A DNA stretch of 64,000 bases. Source: an uncultured Desulfosarcina sp. (lineage in GTDB: Bacteria; Desulfobacterota; Desulfobacteria; Desulfobacterales; Desulfosarcinaceae). The stretch covers positions 3,104,001 through 3,168,000 of the forward strand of contig CAXXWQ010000004.1 in the NCBI GenBank assembly GCA_963674945.2. The letters are read 5' to 3'. Shown here piece after piece: positions 10,444 through 21,541 of the stretch. Made by a program: the position numbers and the translations under genes. The notes below the pieces were generated by a model. That model did not search any database. It was given only the letters and a program-made list of their open reading frames with translations, and was not told the DNA's origin. Each line of letters begins with the position of its first letter. The stretch's first letter is position 1.

Positions 10444-10881
10444 ATGAAGAGAGTCCACCTCTTGGTTTTGGCCATCGTGTCTATCTTGGTTGGTGCAAAT
10501 CAGGTATTGGCGGAGCGTTTGAGCGTCACCGCCAATATTGCCAATGTTCGTGCCACTCCGAGCAGAGATGGGAAGGTCATGTGGCAGATCGAAAAATTCC
10601 ATCCACTGCAGATCATCGAGAAACAGGGGCAATGGTATCTGTTTGAGGATTTTGAAAAGGATCGCGGTTGGATATACGGTTCACTTCTGGCCGATATCCG
10701 GACCGTAATCGTAGATAAGGACAACTGCAATGTCCGTTCCGGTCCGGGAACCGATCACGAGATCCGGTTTACCGTGGATCGGGGTGTTCCTTTTCGTGTG
10801 ATGGAAGAAAAAGGCAAATGGCTGCATGTGATTCATGCCGATGGGGATCAAGGGTGGATTCATCAATCCCTGGTCTGGTGA
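10444..10881 (+). CDS. Secreted tandem bacterial SH3-domain protein
   Basis: Signal peptide; two NVR...P...GWI repeats. Confidence 0.85.
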   Translation: MKRVHLLVLAIVSILVGANQVLAERLSVTANIANVRATPSRDGKVMWQIEKFHPLQIIEKQGQWYLFEDFEKDRGWIYGSLLADIRTVIVDKDNCNVRSGPGTDHEIRFTVDRGVPFRVMEEKGKWLHVIHADGDQGWIHQSLVW

Positions 10882-10948
10882 TGAGTTACGGTTTTTAAGC
10901 TTTGATTGGTAATGTTTCGGAAGGCGTAAGAAAGGGGAGAAAGACAAG

Positions 10949-11938
10949 TTGATCGTGAAAAATGCACACAAACGGATCGTCGGACTCGGCTCTGCGCTCG
11001 TGGATATTCTGGTTCACGAAAACGATGGGTTCATCGAAAGAATTGGCGTCGAAAAAGGGGGCATGGTCCTCGTGGAGATGTCTGAACTGGAGAAAATCAT
11101 GGGCCAGGTATCCCGACGGCCGGTCGAGGTTCCTGGAGGATCCGCCTGTAATACAGCCGTGGGTGTCGGCATGTTGGGCGGGCAGGCGCGATTCGTCGGA
11201 AAACGCGGAGAAGACGAGGTTGGGCTGTTTTTTGAAAACTCCCTGTCCCAGCGGCAAGTGGAACCCATCTTGACGACGTCGTCTTTGGCCACCGGCCGTG
11301 TGCTTTCCATCATCACCCCCGATGCGCAGCGAACCATGCTCACCTATTTGGGTGCCTCGGCAGATATCGGTCCGGATGAAATTACCGTAAAATGCTTTTC
11401 CGACAGCGCCGTTGTTCACATCGAGGGCTATCTGTTGTTCAATTCCGATGTGATGATGGCGGCGTTGAAAGCCGCAAAGGAAGCGGGGTGCATGATTTCT
11501 TTGGATTTGGCGAGCTTTACCGTGGTCGAACAGTCCAAAGCCATCCTCGATGAGATCATCGAACAATACGTGGATATCCTGATCGCCAATGAGGACGAAG
11601 CATTGGCATATACCGGCCACTCTGACGAAGAACGGTCCCTCGCCAGATTGGCGCGGGATGTGGACATTGCCGCTCTCAAAGTCGGTGGCAGGGGGAGTTA
11701 CATTCGGCACCAAGACCGGATTTACCGGATTCCCGCCCAGGGTGGTGGAACTGCTGTTGACACGACCGGTGCCGGAGATCTGTGGGCATCGGGCTTGCTC
11801 TATGGGCTGGTTAACGGGTATGATCTTGAAGCAAGTGGAAGGCTTGCCTCTGCATGCGGTTATGAAGTATGTCAGGTGATTGGCGCACACATCCCCGAAG
11901 ATGGGTGGCAGCGGATTCACAAAGCAATGGAGGAATGA
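10949..11938 (+). CDS. PfkB-family (adenosine/carbohydrate) kinase
   Basis: GGSACN, ANEDEA, DTTGAGD motifs. Confidence 0.9.
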   Translation: MIVKNAHKRIVGLGSALVDILVHENDGFIERIGVEKGGMVLVEMSELEKIMGQVSRRPVEVPGGSACNTAVGVGMLGGQARFVGKRGEDEVGLFFENSLSQRQVEPILTTSSLATGRVLSIITPDAQRTMLTYLGASADIGPDEITVKCFSDSAVVHIEGYLLFNSDVMMAALKAAKEAGCMISLDLASFTVVEQSKAILDEIIEQYVDILIANEDEALAYTGHSDEERSLARLARDVDIAALKVGGRGSYIRHQDRIYRIPAQGGGTAVDTTGAGDLWASGLLYGLVNGYDLEASGRLASACGYEVCQVIGAHIPEDGWQRIHKAMEE

Positions 11939-12624
11939 TGGCCAAGGCAGCAAAGACCCGAAAACAGCTCCTTAAGGAACCGGATCAGTTCATCACCTTT
12001 TCGGCAAGACTCATCGACTTCGGTCGGTCGCATTTGAAATCGATCCTCATTGCCACGGGTATCGTGGCGGCCGTTTTGTTGATCCTGATTACGGTGCGTC
12101 AGGTGTCAATCCGAAACGAAAACCGTGCCTCCGAACAGATCGAAAAAGTGATGGCCAAGTACGATGATGCGTTGCATGAGACGGACGCCAAAGGCGCCTA
12201 TGATCGGACAAAGGGCGATTTTGTGAGCGTTTTCGATCAGTATCCGTCAAAAAAAGCGGTGCGTCTTGCCCGAATCGTATACGGTGACATGAGCCTTGAT
12301 GCCGGGGATGTCGATACCGCCATATCCATGTATGCCCAAGCGCTGAAAGACTTTGACCAAACGCCTTCAATCAAAAATATCGTTTTAAGCGGATTGGGGT
12401 ACGCCCATTTGCAGAAAAAGGAGTATCCGCAGGCCATGGAATATTTCGAATCCGTCGCAAATGGAAATGACGGGTCCATGAAAAGCGGGGCCCTTTTCAA
12501 CTTGGCCTGGCTTTACGAAGCCGCCGGTGACAAAGAGAAAAGCCATGCTACCTACGAAAAATTGCTGGCGGAATTTCCCGATACCACCTACGGCGAACTG
12601 GTGAAGAAAAAACTGAACCGATAA
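11935..12624 (+). CDS. Membrane-anchored TPR protein (YfgM-like)
   Basis: N-terminal TM helix, TPR-like repeats; ATG overlaps the upstream stop. Confidence 0.8.
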   Translation: MMAKAAKTRKQLLKEPDQFITFSARLIDFGRSHLKSILIATGIVAAVLLILITVRQVSIRNENRASEQIEKVMAKYDDALHETDAKGAYDRTKGDFVSVFDQYPSKKAVRLARIVYGDMSLDAGDVDTAISMYAQALKDFDQTPSIKNIVLSGLGYAHLQKKEYPQAMEYFESVANGNDGSMKSGALFNLAWLYEAAGDKEKSHATYEKLLAEFPDTTYGELVKKKLNR

Positions 12625-12772
12625 CGTTCACACGGAGCACTAGGCGTCTGAGGAACGATTCAATAAAAGACTTTTCTTTAAAAAGCTTTTCCCCTTTCAG
12701 ATAATCGGAAAAATGGGAAAATGCGCTCATTACGATACGGTCGTTTGGCCATACTCGGCCTGGAAAAGCTTT

Positions 12773-14161
12773 TTAGGATGATGATTCTTCCTTGTTGAAT
12801 AGACTGTACTTTTTTATTTTTTGATTCAGACCGCTTTTACCGATACCCAGCAGATTTGCGGCATGGGCTTGCACGTAGTTCGTTTTCTTTAACGCCCGCT
12901 GGATCATGTTTTTTTCCACCAGGGCCAATGTATCGTACAAATTGGCATCCGCCGGTATGCCCTCCATATAACGTGTGCCGTGGGCGCTGCCGACAAAATC
13001 CTTTGGCAGATCGGAGACCTGAATAATCTCCTCCGGTGTCATCACCACTGCCCGTTCGATCACATTCTCCAGTTCCCGAACGTTGCCGGGCCAATCATAT
13101 TCGAAAAAGAGCCGCTCCACTTCCCGATCGATACCCGTCACCGGCGCTCCTGTGTGGCGCTCTTTGTTGTATTTGGCGATAAAATGTTCGGCAAGCGGCC
13201 GGATATCTTCCAACCGTCTATGAAGTGGTGGAAGGGTGATGGGGACCACATTGAGTCGATAGTATAAATCTTCCCGAAAGTTCCCCCTGGCAACCTCTTT
13301 CTTTAACGATTTATTTGTCGCGGCAATCAGGCGTATATTCACGGCAATGGGGCGAACGCCGCCAACCCGCTCGATTACCCTTTCCTGAAGGACACGAAGC
13401 AGCTTGACCTGAAGGCCCGGGGAGAGTTCACCGATTTCATCCAGAAAAAGGGTTCCACCATCGGCAATTTCAAATCGTCCTTTCTTTCTTGAAACTGCAC
13501 CGGTAAAGGCTCCTTTTTCATGACCGAATAGTTCGCTTTCCAAGAGTGATTCGGCCAAGGCCGAACAATTGACCGCCACGAAAGGTTTATCCTTTCGAAA
13601 ACTATTGAAATGAAGGGCATTGGCCACCAATTCCTTTCCCGTTCCACTGGCACCTTCAATAAGGACTGTCGCTGTTGCCGGTGCGACTTTCCGAATGATG
13701 TCAAAGACATCTTGCATGGCTTTGCTTTTTCCGATGATATTGTGGAAGCGATAGCGATCTTGTACGGCGCTGCGCAGTTGTCTGTTTTCCTTTACCACGC
13801 GATACATGGAGATTGCTTTGTTCACATAGAGAACGAGCCTTTCGTTATCGAAAGGTTTTAATATATAGCTATAAGCGCCTTTTTGCATCGCTTCCACGGC
13901 CTTTTCCACCGTGCCATAGGCGGTCATCATGATCACCGGAAGGTCGGCGTCTTCCTTTTTCACCTGTTCGAGAAGCTCGATGCCGTCCATGACCGGCATC
14001 TTCATGTCTGTCAGTACCAGATCCACATCGGATTCGGACAGAATTTCCATTGCCTCTGGACCGCTGTTTGCAGTGATCGTCTCATATCCCTCGTCCTCCA
14101 ATACCGCCGAGAGAATCAATGTATAATTTTTCTCATCATCAACAATGAGAATGGTTTCCAT
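12773..14161 (-). CDS. sigma54-dependent response regulator (NtrC family, PilR-like)
   Basis: Receiver [28 protein letters not shown], Fis-type HTH; start ATG 14161. Confidence 0.92.
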   Translation of the reverse strand: METILIVDDEKNYTLILSAVLEDEGYETITANSGPEAMEILSESDVDLVLTDMKMPVMDGIELLEQVKKEDADLPVIMMTAYGTVEKAVEAMQKGAYSYILKPFDNERLVLYVNKAISMYRVVKENRQLRSAVQDRYRFHNIIGKSKAMQDVFDIIRKVAPATATVLIEGASGTGKELVANALHFNSFRKDKPFVAVNCSALAESLLESELFGHEKGAFTGAVSRKKGRFEIADGGTLFLDEIGELSPGLQVKLLRVLQERVIERVGGVRPIAVNIRLIAATNKSLKKEVARGNFREDLYYRLNVVPITLPPLHRRLEDIRPLAEHFIAKYNKERHTGAPVTGIDREVERLFFEYDWPGNVRELENVIERAVVMTPEEIIQVSDLPKDFVGSAHGTRYMEGIPADANLYDTLALVEKNMIQRALKKTNYVQAHAANLLGIGKSGLNQKIKKYSLFNKEESSS

Positions 14162-15587
14162 TAGCTTTTCCTCCTGGCGAAAGCGGAAGCGTAATCGTAA
14201 CTCTTGCCCCTTTCGGGCGTCTATTTTCAATTCGAACCGTTCCATCATGGGCTTCGATGATATTTTTAACGATGCCCAACCCCAAACCCGTTCCCTTCTG
14301 TTTTGTCGTAACAAAAGGATCCCATATCTTTTCGATGATAGATTTGGATACACCCTGTCCATAATCTTCCACAATGACCCACAATGTACCGTCTTCGGAT
14401 TCGATGGTCACATCGATTGTACCGCCCTGGGGCATGGCCTGCATGCCGTTGATCAACAGGTTTAAAAACGCTTGGTAGAGCATATCCTTGTCCGCCAGCA
14501 GAACCGGAATGTCGGCTCCCGAAAAAGTTCTGATTTCATAGCCATTTTCCTTTAGATGCGCTTCGAGGAAATGGATGTTTTTGGCGATCACCTCCTCGAT
14601 ACGACAAGGGCTGCGATTGGGTGTTTTGGGACGGGCGTAGTTTAAAAAGTCTGTGATAATGTTGTTCAACCGGCGGGCTTCTGCCACGATGATATCGGCA
14701 ATGGCGTTCAAGGCATTTTGGGGGTCCATCTTTTTTTTCAATAATTCTGCGCTGCTGCTGATGATTCCTAATGGATTTCGGATTTCATGGGAGACGGCCG
14801 CGACCATCTCCCCAATTGAAGAGAGATGTTTGGCGTTTGCCAATTGTTCTTTAAGACGCAACCGCTCTATGGCGCGCTTTTCCATTATGCCCTCGCCCCG
14901 TTTTACAACAAAAATCAACGTCAGCAGCAAAATTCCCATGACGAAACTGATCGTACAGATAACCAGAACCTGGAACCGGAATATTCGGCTGTAGTCGCTG
15001 GACAGATCCTGCCGGATTTCCACAACTCCCAATACCGGTCCGGATATGGGGGACAACGGCTTTTCCGCCCGCAGAGGGGCAAAGGTAATAATTTTAATTT
15101 CCTTGGGAATACCCAAGAATATTTCCCATAAAGAGCCGTTTTGTACCAGCTTGGAAGTCGATTCTCCCGCCAGCGCATTTTTATAAAAGGTTCCCCCGAG
15201 GTTCTCCTTGCCCAGCAGCTCCTGTGAAAAGCTATAGGCGATGATGTCGTTTTTGCCGTATATATTGACCATTTCGACTTTGAAGCTGTGCAGGGTGCTT
15301 CGAACGACGCTGTCCATTCTTTCAAATTGCTCCTGGTGTCTCAACTCTATCTTTCCGTACTTTAATCCGACGGGAAGAATGAATTGCAAAAACACCTGAT
15401 GATTCAGATTTTCGATGAGCAGCAGCGCATAATCCTCGCTTTTTTGATACTGCATTTGGCGAACCCAATGGGTGTTTAATGAAGAGAGGATAATCGTACT
15501 GATGAAAATGACGATAAGACTGGTAAATGTAAAATATTTTACGAGACGAAACGGTTTGGCACGTTCTGTGAATTTTTTTTCGCGCAT
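14139..15587 (-). CDS. Membrane sensor histidine kinase (PilS-like)
   Basis: Two TM segments, HEIRNPL H-box, GTGLGL G-box; overlaps the regulator. Confidence 0.92.
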   Translation of the reverse strand: MREKKFTERAKPFRLVKYFTFTSLIVIFISTIILSSLNTHWVRQMQYQKSEDYALLLIENLNHQVFLQFILPVGLKYGKIELRHQEQFERMDSVVRSTLHSFKVEMVNIYGKNDIIAYSFSQELLGKENLGGTFYKNALAGESTSKLVQNGSLWEIFLGIPKEIKIITFAPLRAEKPLSPISGPVLGVVEIRQDLSSDYSRIFRFQVLVICTISFVMGILLLTLIFVVKRGEGIMEKRAIERLRLKEQLANAKHLSSIGEMVAAVSHEIRNPLGIISSSAELLKKKMDPQNALNAIADIIVAEARRLNNIITDFLNYARPKTPNRSPCRIEEVIAKNIHFLEAHLKENGYEIRTFSGADIPVLLADKDMLYQAFLNLLINGMQAMPQGGTIDVTIESEDGTLWVIVEDYGQGVSKSIIEKIWDPFVTTKQKGTGLGLGIVKNIIEAHDGTVRIENRRPKGARVTITLPLSPGGKANGNHSHC

Positions 15588-15902
15588 GGCAATTAATAAT
15601 GAAAAAAATGAGCTAAAGTTTTTTCACGCCGGTGCCGAACTCAGTGCTAACCACCGGCAACTGTATCAAAGCTATATTAAAAACTGAGTATCATGTCCAA
15701 TGTGCCTGTGGCCATCTAAAAAATGAAAAGATGGCAATATATAATACAGTATGTATAAAAATAGTTAAATTATATATAAAAGTCATATAATTTAGCTTGA
15801 CAACGAGCACGATAACATTTTGAATGATGGGGAGTAACGAACGAAACCTTTTTGCCAGTGAAACAACATGACTTTTGTGAGGCCACAGGGCGGTAGTGTA
15901 AA

Positions 15903-16100
15903 ATGATTAAAAATTCACTAAAAAAGATTAGAGAGTCCCTTTTAATGAGCAAATCAGAACTGGCCAGAGAAGCGAATGTCTCTCCAATTACGATTACGAG
16001 GATTGAACAGGGGAAGCCATGCCGACTGGAGACCAAGAGAAAGATCCTGCTTGCTTTGGGATACAGTCTTTCGGACAGCAAAAAAATTTTTGGCGAATAG
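15903..16100 (+). CDS. Small XRE-family HTH protein heading the pil operon
   Basis: SKSELAREANVSPITITRIEQG. Confidence 0.85.
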   Translation: MIKNSLKKIRESLLMSKSELAREANVSPITITRIEQGKPCRLETKRKILLALGYSLSDSKKIFGE

Positions 16101-16111
16101 AAGAGTAAACC

Positions 16112-17170
16112 ATGTTTCTTGGAAAAAAAGATCAACTCATCGGCCTCGACATCGGATCGAGATCCATAAAGGCAGCGCAAATCTCAGAAACGAAAAAGGG
16201 TAGCTCACTCGAACGATTCGCGATTACCGAGATAGCACCCGGACTCATCGAGGATGGCGCGATTAAAGATGCCGAAAGGGTTTCGGACACCATACAACAA
16301 CTATTCAAAAATTATAGTATCAAGGGTAACAATGTCGCTCTTTCCATCGGTGGTTATTCGGTTATCGTCAAAAAAATCAATGTACAAACAATGCCGGAGG
16401 AACAACTGCAAGACACCATCAGTTTCGAAGCGGAGCAGTACATCCCCTTTGACATCGCCGATGTGAATCTGGATTTTCAAATTCTGGGCGAAAATCCAAA
16501 TAATCCAAACCAGATGAATGTCCTGCTGGTTGCCGCCAAAAAAGAGATGGTAAACGATTATGTGAATCTTGCACAGATGGCAGGACTGAATCCATGCGTT
16601 ATCGATGTGGACGCATTTGCCCTTCAAAATATTTACGAACTCAATTATTCACCATCTGAAGACGAAAATGTCGCGCTCATCGATATCGGTGCAAGCAAGA
16701 CGTCTTTGAACATACTAAAGGGTGCGACCTCTGTTTTCATGAGAGATGTCTCCCTGGGGTGTGGACAAATCAATCAAAAAATCGTCTCATTAATTGATTG
16801 CTCTTTGGATGATGCCGAGGAGATTAAATTCGGCACCCAGTCGGAAAAGATCGCTTCTGGCGACCTTACCGATATCGTTTCGTCCGTGGTGTCGGATTGG
16901 TGTACGGAAATCAGACGGGCATTGGATTTCTTTTACTCAACCTATCCAGATGATCAGATCAAAAAGATCGTCCTGAGTGGTGGCGGAGGCAATATTAAGG
17001 AGTTCAGGCAGTTGCTTTCTGTTGAGACTTCCGCCGAAGTCGCGACGATCAATCCTTTCGAGGGGTTTCAGGTAGACACGAATCGGTTTGACGTGGAATT
17101 TTTAAAAAAAATCGCCCCCCAGGCTTCCATTAGCATGGGACTGGCAACGAGAAAAGTTGATGATAAATGA
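16112..17170 (+). CDS. pilM: Type IV pilus assembly protein PilM
   Basis: GLDIGSRSIK actin-like fold, EAEQYIPF; gene order. Confidence 0.95.
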   Translation: MFLGKKDQLIGLDIGSRSIKAAQISETKKGSSLERFAITEIAPGLIEDGAIKDAERVSDTIQQLFKNYSIKGNNVALSIGGYSVIVKKINVQTMPEEQLQDTISFEAEQYIPFDIADVNLDFQILGENPNNPNQMNVLLVAAKKEMVNDYVNLAQMAGLNPCVIDVDAFALQNIYELNYSPSEDENVALIDIGASKTSLNILKGATSVFMRDVSLGCGQINQKIVSLIDCSLDDAEEIKFGTQSEKIASGDLTDIVSSVVSDWCTEIRRALDFFYSTYPDDQIKKIVLSGGGGNIKEFRQLLSVETSAEVATINPFEGFQVDTNRFDVEFLKKIAPQASISMGLATRKVDDK

Positions 17171-17730
17171 TACGCATTAATTTACTCCCATTTCGAGCCG
17201 CACGAAAAAAAGAGAATATTCGGAGACAAGTTTCCATATTTTTTCTCTCTCTCTTCCTAGTAATCATCGTCGCGTCTTGGTTCAATTTCGTCTTGTCCGG
17301 AAAAATAAAATCCTTGGACAAGAAAATCGTTGCAACCAAAGCCCAGGTTGAAAAGTATAATAAAATCAACAGGGAAATTGCTGAGATTAAAAAGAACCTG
17401 GAAACTTTACAGAAAAAGATTGACGTTATTGAATCTTTGGATCTGACGCGAAAAGCCCCTGTCGACCTGCTCAATGACATGTCACAACTGGTAGTAGAAA
17501 ACCAGATGTGGCTAACGTCGCTGGAAGACAGATCGGGAAACATTAAAGTCGTTGGCATCGCCCTGGACAATCCGACTGTTGCCGAGTACATGACCCGACT
17601 TGAGTCATCAAAAAAATATACCGGCGTCAGACTCGTGTCAATTAACCAGGATACTAGTGTCAGGGGATTGGCGCTAAAACGGTTCAGTATCAATTTTCAA
17701 AAAGTCACACCGAAAAAAAAACCTGAATAG
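17167..17730 (+). CDS. pilN: Type IV pilus assembly protein PilN
   Basis: INLLP motif, TM helix, coiled coil. Confidence 0.93.
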   Translation: MIRINLLPFRAARKKENIRRQVSIFFLSLFLVIIVASWFNFVLSGKIKSLDKKIVATKAQVEKYNKINREIAEIKKNLETLQKKIDVIESLDLTRKAPVDLLNDMSQLVVENQMWLTSLEDRSGNIKVVGIALDNPTVAEYMTRLESSKKYTGVRLVSINQDTSVRGLALKRFSINFQKVTPKKKPE

Positions 17731-17741
17731 GTGATGTGGAT

Positions 17742-18380
17742 ATGAAAAAGGGTAACGCGGTTTCCATTGAAAAGGAAAATCAGATTTTTGAAAAGCTGGA
17801 ACAGCTTACCAAGGTCCAGCGGATCGCCATATGGGCAGGGATTCTGATATTGGTAATCGGCGGATTCGTTTATTTTTCATACATGAAAAAATTTGAAAAA
17901 ATAGACAGGCTTCAGACCAATCTTGCAAAAGTCGAAAAGGAATTGAAAACTGCCAAAAAAAACGCGCAGGAGCTGAATTCCTATAGAAAAAAAATGCAAG
18001 CGGCAGAAAAGGAGTTTAAGGTCGTTATGCGTGCTCTGCCTGAAAAGGAAGAAATTCCACCCCTTCTGACGGGTATTTCGAAAGCCGGAAAAAATTCCGG
18101 TCTGGACTTTCTTCTTTTTCAACCAAAACCCGAGGTAAAAAAGGACTTCTATGCCGAAATCCCCGTGGCAATTCAGGTCGTTGGCAATTATCATGGCGTC
18201 GCGACCTTCTTCGAGGGCGTTGCAGAATTGAACCGGATCGTGAATATCAAAGATATCACCATTTCACCTGGCAGCAGTGATGATAAAATGGTTACGAACT
18301 GCACGGCCGTTACCTATAAATTCCTTGAGCCGAGCGAACAACCAACGAATAAGAGAAAGAACAGGAAAAAGAAGCGATAA
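17742..18380 (+). CDS. pilO: Type IV pilus assembly protein PilO
   Basis: LPEKEEIPPLL, FYAEIPV, RIVN motifs. Confidence 0.93.
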   Translation: MKKGNAVSIEKENQIFEKLEQLTKVQRIAIWAGILILVIGGFVYFSYMKKFEKIDRLQTNLAKVEKELKTAKKNAQELNSYRKKMQAAEKEFKVVMRALPEKEEIPPLLTGISKAGKNSGLDFLLFQPKPEVKKDFYAEIPVAIQVVGNYHGVATFFEGVAELNRIVNIKDITISPGSSDDKMVTNCTAVTYKFLEPSEQPTNKRKNRKKKR

Positions 18381-18384
18381 TACC

Positions 18385-18999
18385 ATGCGAATGCAACGTA
18401 ACAAAAATTATTTGATTTTGCTCCTGTTTTTGCTGATTCCTGGTTTTATTTGGAGTTGTGGCGAAGATAAAGAGCCGCCCCAACAATCCCAGGTTGTCAG
18501 CAAGAAGATTACAGTAAAAGATCAACCCCAGCCGGAAAAAAAACAAGATACGCCGGCTGTAAAGGATCGGTCGGAAAATGCCGAAACCGAGGTAACGGCT
18601 GCGCCCACAAATGCTGCAACGCGGATTTACCACCCGAAAGAGAGGACCAATCCCTTCACGCCTTTGTTTCGTGCAGAAAAAAAAGATACCAGTATCGCAC
18701 CTTCGACAAAAGGCAAGAAGAAAAAGCGATTGCCCCAAACACCATTGGAGAGAATCGGTCTCGATCAGCTTAAGCTTGTTGCAACCATTCGAGCCCCCTC
18801 TGGAAACAGAGCTCTCGTGGAAGATAGCAGTGGTAAAGGGTACATCATAAAGAACGGAACCTATATCGGATTGAACTCCGGAATTGTGACCCAGATCAAC
18901 GCGGCGAGTGTGATCGTCGAGGAAGAAATTGAGAACTTTTTGGGAGAGCAGATTCTCCAAAATACCGAAATAAAACTTCAGAAACCGGCTGGAGAGTAA
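18385..18999 (+). CDS. pilP: Type IV pilus lipoprotein PilP
   Basis: Lipobox WSC, NPFTP, PLER..LDQLKLV, G.YIG.N.G. Confidence 0.9.
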   Translation: MRMQRNKNYLILLLFLLIPGFIWSCGEDKEPPQQSQVVSKKITVKDQPQPEKKQDTPAVKDRSENAETEVTAAPTNAATRIYHPKERTNPFTPLFRAEKKDTSIAPSTKGKKKKRLPQTPLERIGLDQLKLVATIRAPSGNRALVEDSSGKGYIIKNGTYIGLNSGIVTQINAASVIVEEEIENFLGEQILQNTEIKLQKPAGE

Positions 19000-19000
19000 T

Positions 19001-21430
19001 ATGTGCAACTTCAGGATCAAATGTAATGAGAGAATAACACTCGTTTTTTGCCTTGGTTTGATCGTCGCTTTTCTCCTTACAGGATGTGCGACCCAAGGAA
19101 AAAATGGTAAAACAGGTGCTGCCGATGTTGATCCTTCCTCATCCGTGACGATTACATCCATTGGGTTGTCCGAGGCGGCTGACACGGCAAGTGTTGTTAT
19201 TACCAGTACCGCGCCGTTGACCTATACTTCCGTCAAACAGCCGCTTCCATTGGGCGTTGTTCTCTATTTCCCCAATACTCGTATCGATGTTTCCAACGAC
19301 AGTGTGCAGGCTGCCGGAGATCCCGTGACGGCGATACACGCCGGTTCGGTCGCTTCAGCGAACGACACAGCGCGCATTGAGATTCTTTTGGCAGAGGATG
19401 CACCATACAATGTCGTTCAAGATGCCGATGCCCTCAAGATCCAGTTCGCCAAGTCTATTCCCGTCAAGGAAGCCGAGGGTAGCGGTCCGGCAACGGCATC
19501 CGCCTCCGCGCCTGAAGCAGCGATCCTGGCGACGCCTGTGCAGTCGTCGGCACCGGCCGCGCCTTTCACCAGCCAGATAACGCCGTCCGGTACCTATCAG
19601 GGCACCGGTGTTGAGGTCAACAAAGAAGACCAAATCTGGGTGAATCGCATCGACTTTCTGGGGGAGCAAGATGGGAAGTCGACCCTTTCCATCGAAACGA
19701 CAAAAAAAGTGGACTACAAAATACAAAAGGTTACCGATACCCTTTTGGAACTTCGCCTGATGAACACAAACATCGCTGAATTCAGGCAACGGCCTTTGAT
19801 CACCACCCGGTTCGAAAGCGCGGTCAATCGCATTATGCCCGTTCAATTGCCATCAATGAAGAATTATTCGATGTTCTCCATCGAACTTCGCGAACCGGTC
19901 AGCTATTACGTGGAGCAGGTGGAAGAATTGTTACTTGTTCACTTCGGCGCTTCCTCGGTTCCCCCCGCACCCGCTGACGAGACAAACCTTCCGGAATGGA
20001 AGAAAGCCCTCCAAGAGACATTGGGTCCCGCCGACGTTTTCATGGCCGAATCCCCAAAAGGGCAGGCTGCGACCGTGGGACAAACAGGAAGTTCCATGGA
20101 AAAAGAGATGGATTTGCCCTTGGATGTGAACGCAGCCGAATCGATCATGGATGCGGACCAAGCCATGGTCATCAAGAAGAAGACCAAAAAGTTTACCGGA
20201 GAGAAGATCGCATTAGATTTTTTCCAGACCGACGTTAAGAACGTATTTCGGATCCTTCGAGAGGTGAGTGGTAAGAATTTTGCCATCGACAAGGACGTGA
20301 GCGGAAAAGTGACACTGACGCTGGAGAAACCGGTTCCCTGGGATCAGGTTATGGACCTGGTTTTACGGATGAACCAGCTTGGAATGGTCGCCGAAGGGGA
20401 TATCTATCGGATCGCAACACTGACAACGCTCAAACAGGAAAACGAACTGAGAAAAGCCCAGATTGCCGCCCTTCAAAAGGAAAAAGAGCAGTTAAAGGCC
20501 CTCGAGCCGCTGGAGACCCGGTATATTCCCATCAGTTATTCCAATGCAACCTCCGAAATATTGCCTCACATTCAGAAGATCGTTACCCCGGGAAGGGGGA
20601 GTGCAACCGTCGACGAGAAAAACAACCAGATCATTATTACAGATACAATAGACAAGATCCGCCAGGCTCAGGAGATCACCGCCCAGATCGACAAGGTGAC
20701 AGCGCAGGTGATTATCGAAGCCCGGGTTGTGGAAGTCGAGGAGAGTTATACCAAAGAGCTGGGATTCAACTGGGAACTGGGTGTCGGACCCATCACCATG
20801 TTCAACCACGGTTCCGAGTATGAGGGCAATGTCGCCATGAACTATGCGGCATCCTCGGACAATGGATTCGGCTTGAGCTATACCAAAATCGCCGGAACGC
20901 CGTTAACATTGGACGCGAGACTCACCGCGCTTGAGACCAACGGGAAAGCCCGGGTCCTTTCCGCACCGAAAATCGTGACCCTGAACAACAAGAAAGCCAA
21001 AATCAAACAGGGATCCGAAGTCGGATACCTGGAACGGGATTCTGCCGGCGGTTCATCGGTCAGTTTCAAGGACGTCGATCTATTGCTCGAAGTCACACCC
21101 CATGTGACGCCGGACAATCGTATTTCCCTGAGCATCAACATCACCAAGAACGATGTCACCAACTACGTCGAAGGGGTGCCGGTCATCTCCACAAACGAAG
21201 CCAACACGGAGCTTTTGGTAAACGACGGAGACACCGTGGTCATCGGTGGTATCATCAAATCCTCACAAGGCAGTGAGAAAAGCGCCTTTCCCGGGCTGCA
21301 TAAAATACCCGTCTTGGGATGGATGTTCCAGAGCAATCTGGATCAGTACGAAAGCCTCGAATTGCTGATTTTCATGAATCCCAAGATCGTTCAGCTGGAA
21401 CAGCGTCATGCGTCCTATATGGACCAATAA
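19001..21430 (+). CDS. pilQ: Type IV pilus secretin PilQ with AMIN domains
   Basis: Lipobox LTGC, VPWDQ, QVIIEARVVE, VVIGGI, PGLHKIPVLGWMF. Confidence 0.95.
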   Translation: MCNFRIKCNERITLVFCLGLIVAFLLTGCATQGKNGKTGAADVDPSSSVTITSIGLSEAADTASVVITSTAPLTYTSVKQPLPLGVVLYFPNTRIDVSNDSVQAAGDPVTAIHAGSVASANDTARIEILLAEDAPYNVVQDADALKIQFAKSIPVKEAEGSGPATASASAPEAAILATPVQSSAPAAPFTSQITPSGTYQGTGVEVNKEDQIWVNRIDFLGEQDGKSTLSIETTKKVDYKIQKVTDTLLELRLMNTNIAEFRQRPLITTRFESAVNRIMPVQLPSMKNYSMFSIELREPVSYYVEQVEELLLVHFGASSVPPAPADETNLPEWKKALQETLGPADVFMAESPKGQAATVGQTGSSMEKEMDLPLDVNAAESIMDADQAMVIKKKTKKFTGEKIALDFFQTDVKNVFRILREVSGKNFAIDKDVSGKVTLTLEKPVPWDQVMDLVLRMNQLGMVAEGDIYRIATLTTLKQENELRKAQIAALQKEKEQLKALEPLETRYIPISYSNATSEILPHIQKIVTPGRGSATVDEKNNQIIITDTIDKIRQAQEITAQIDKVTAQVIIEARVVEVEESYTKELGFNWELGVGPITMFNHGSEYEGNVAMNYAASSDNGFGLSYTKIAGTPLTLDARLTALETNGKARVLSAPKIVTLNNKKAKIKQGSEVGYLERDSAGGSSVSFKDVDLLLEVTPHVTPDNRISLSINITKNDVTNYVEGVPVISTNEANTELLVNDGDTVVIGGIIKSSQGSEKSAFPGLHKIPVLGWMFQSNLDQYESLELLIFMNPKIVQLEQRHASYMDQ

Positions 21431-21541
21431 CACAAACACGGGGGAATCCCCATCCGTTAACAACACCCGGTATGGACGCATGCCGGCGTACCACGGTCAT
21501 TGAAGATAACCGATAAAGGATCCATTTTTGGAGGTCGATAC

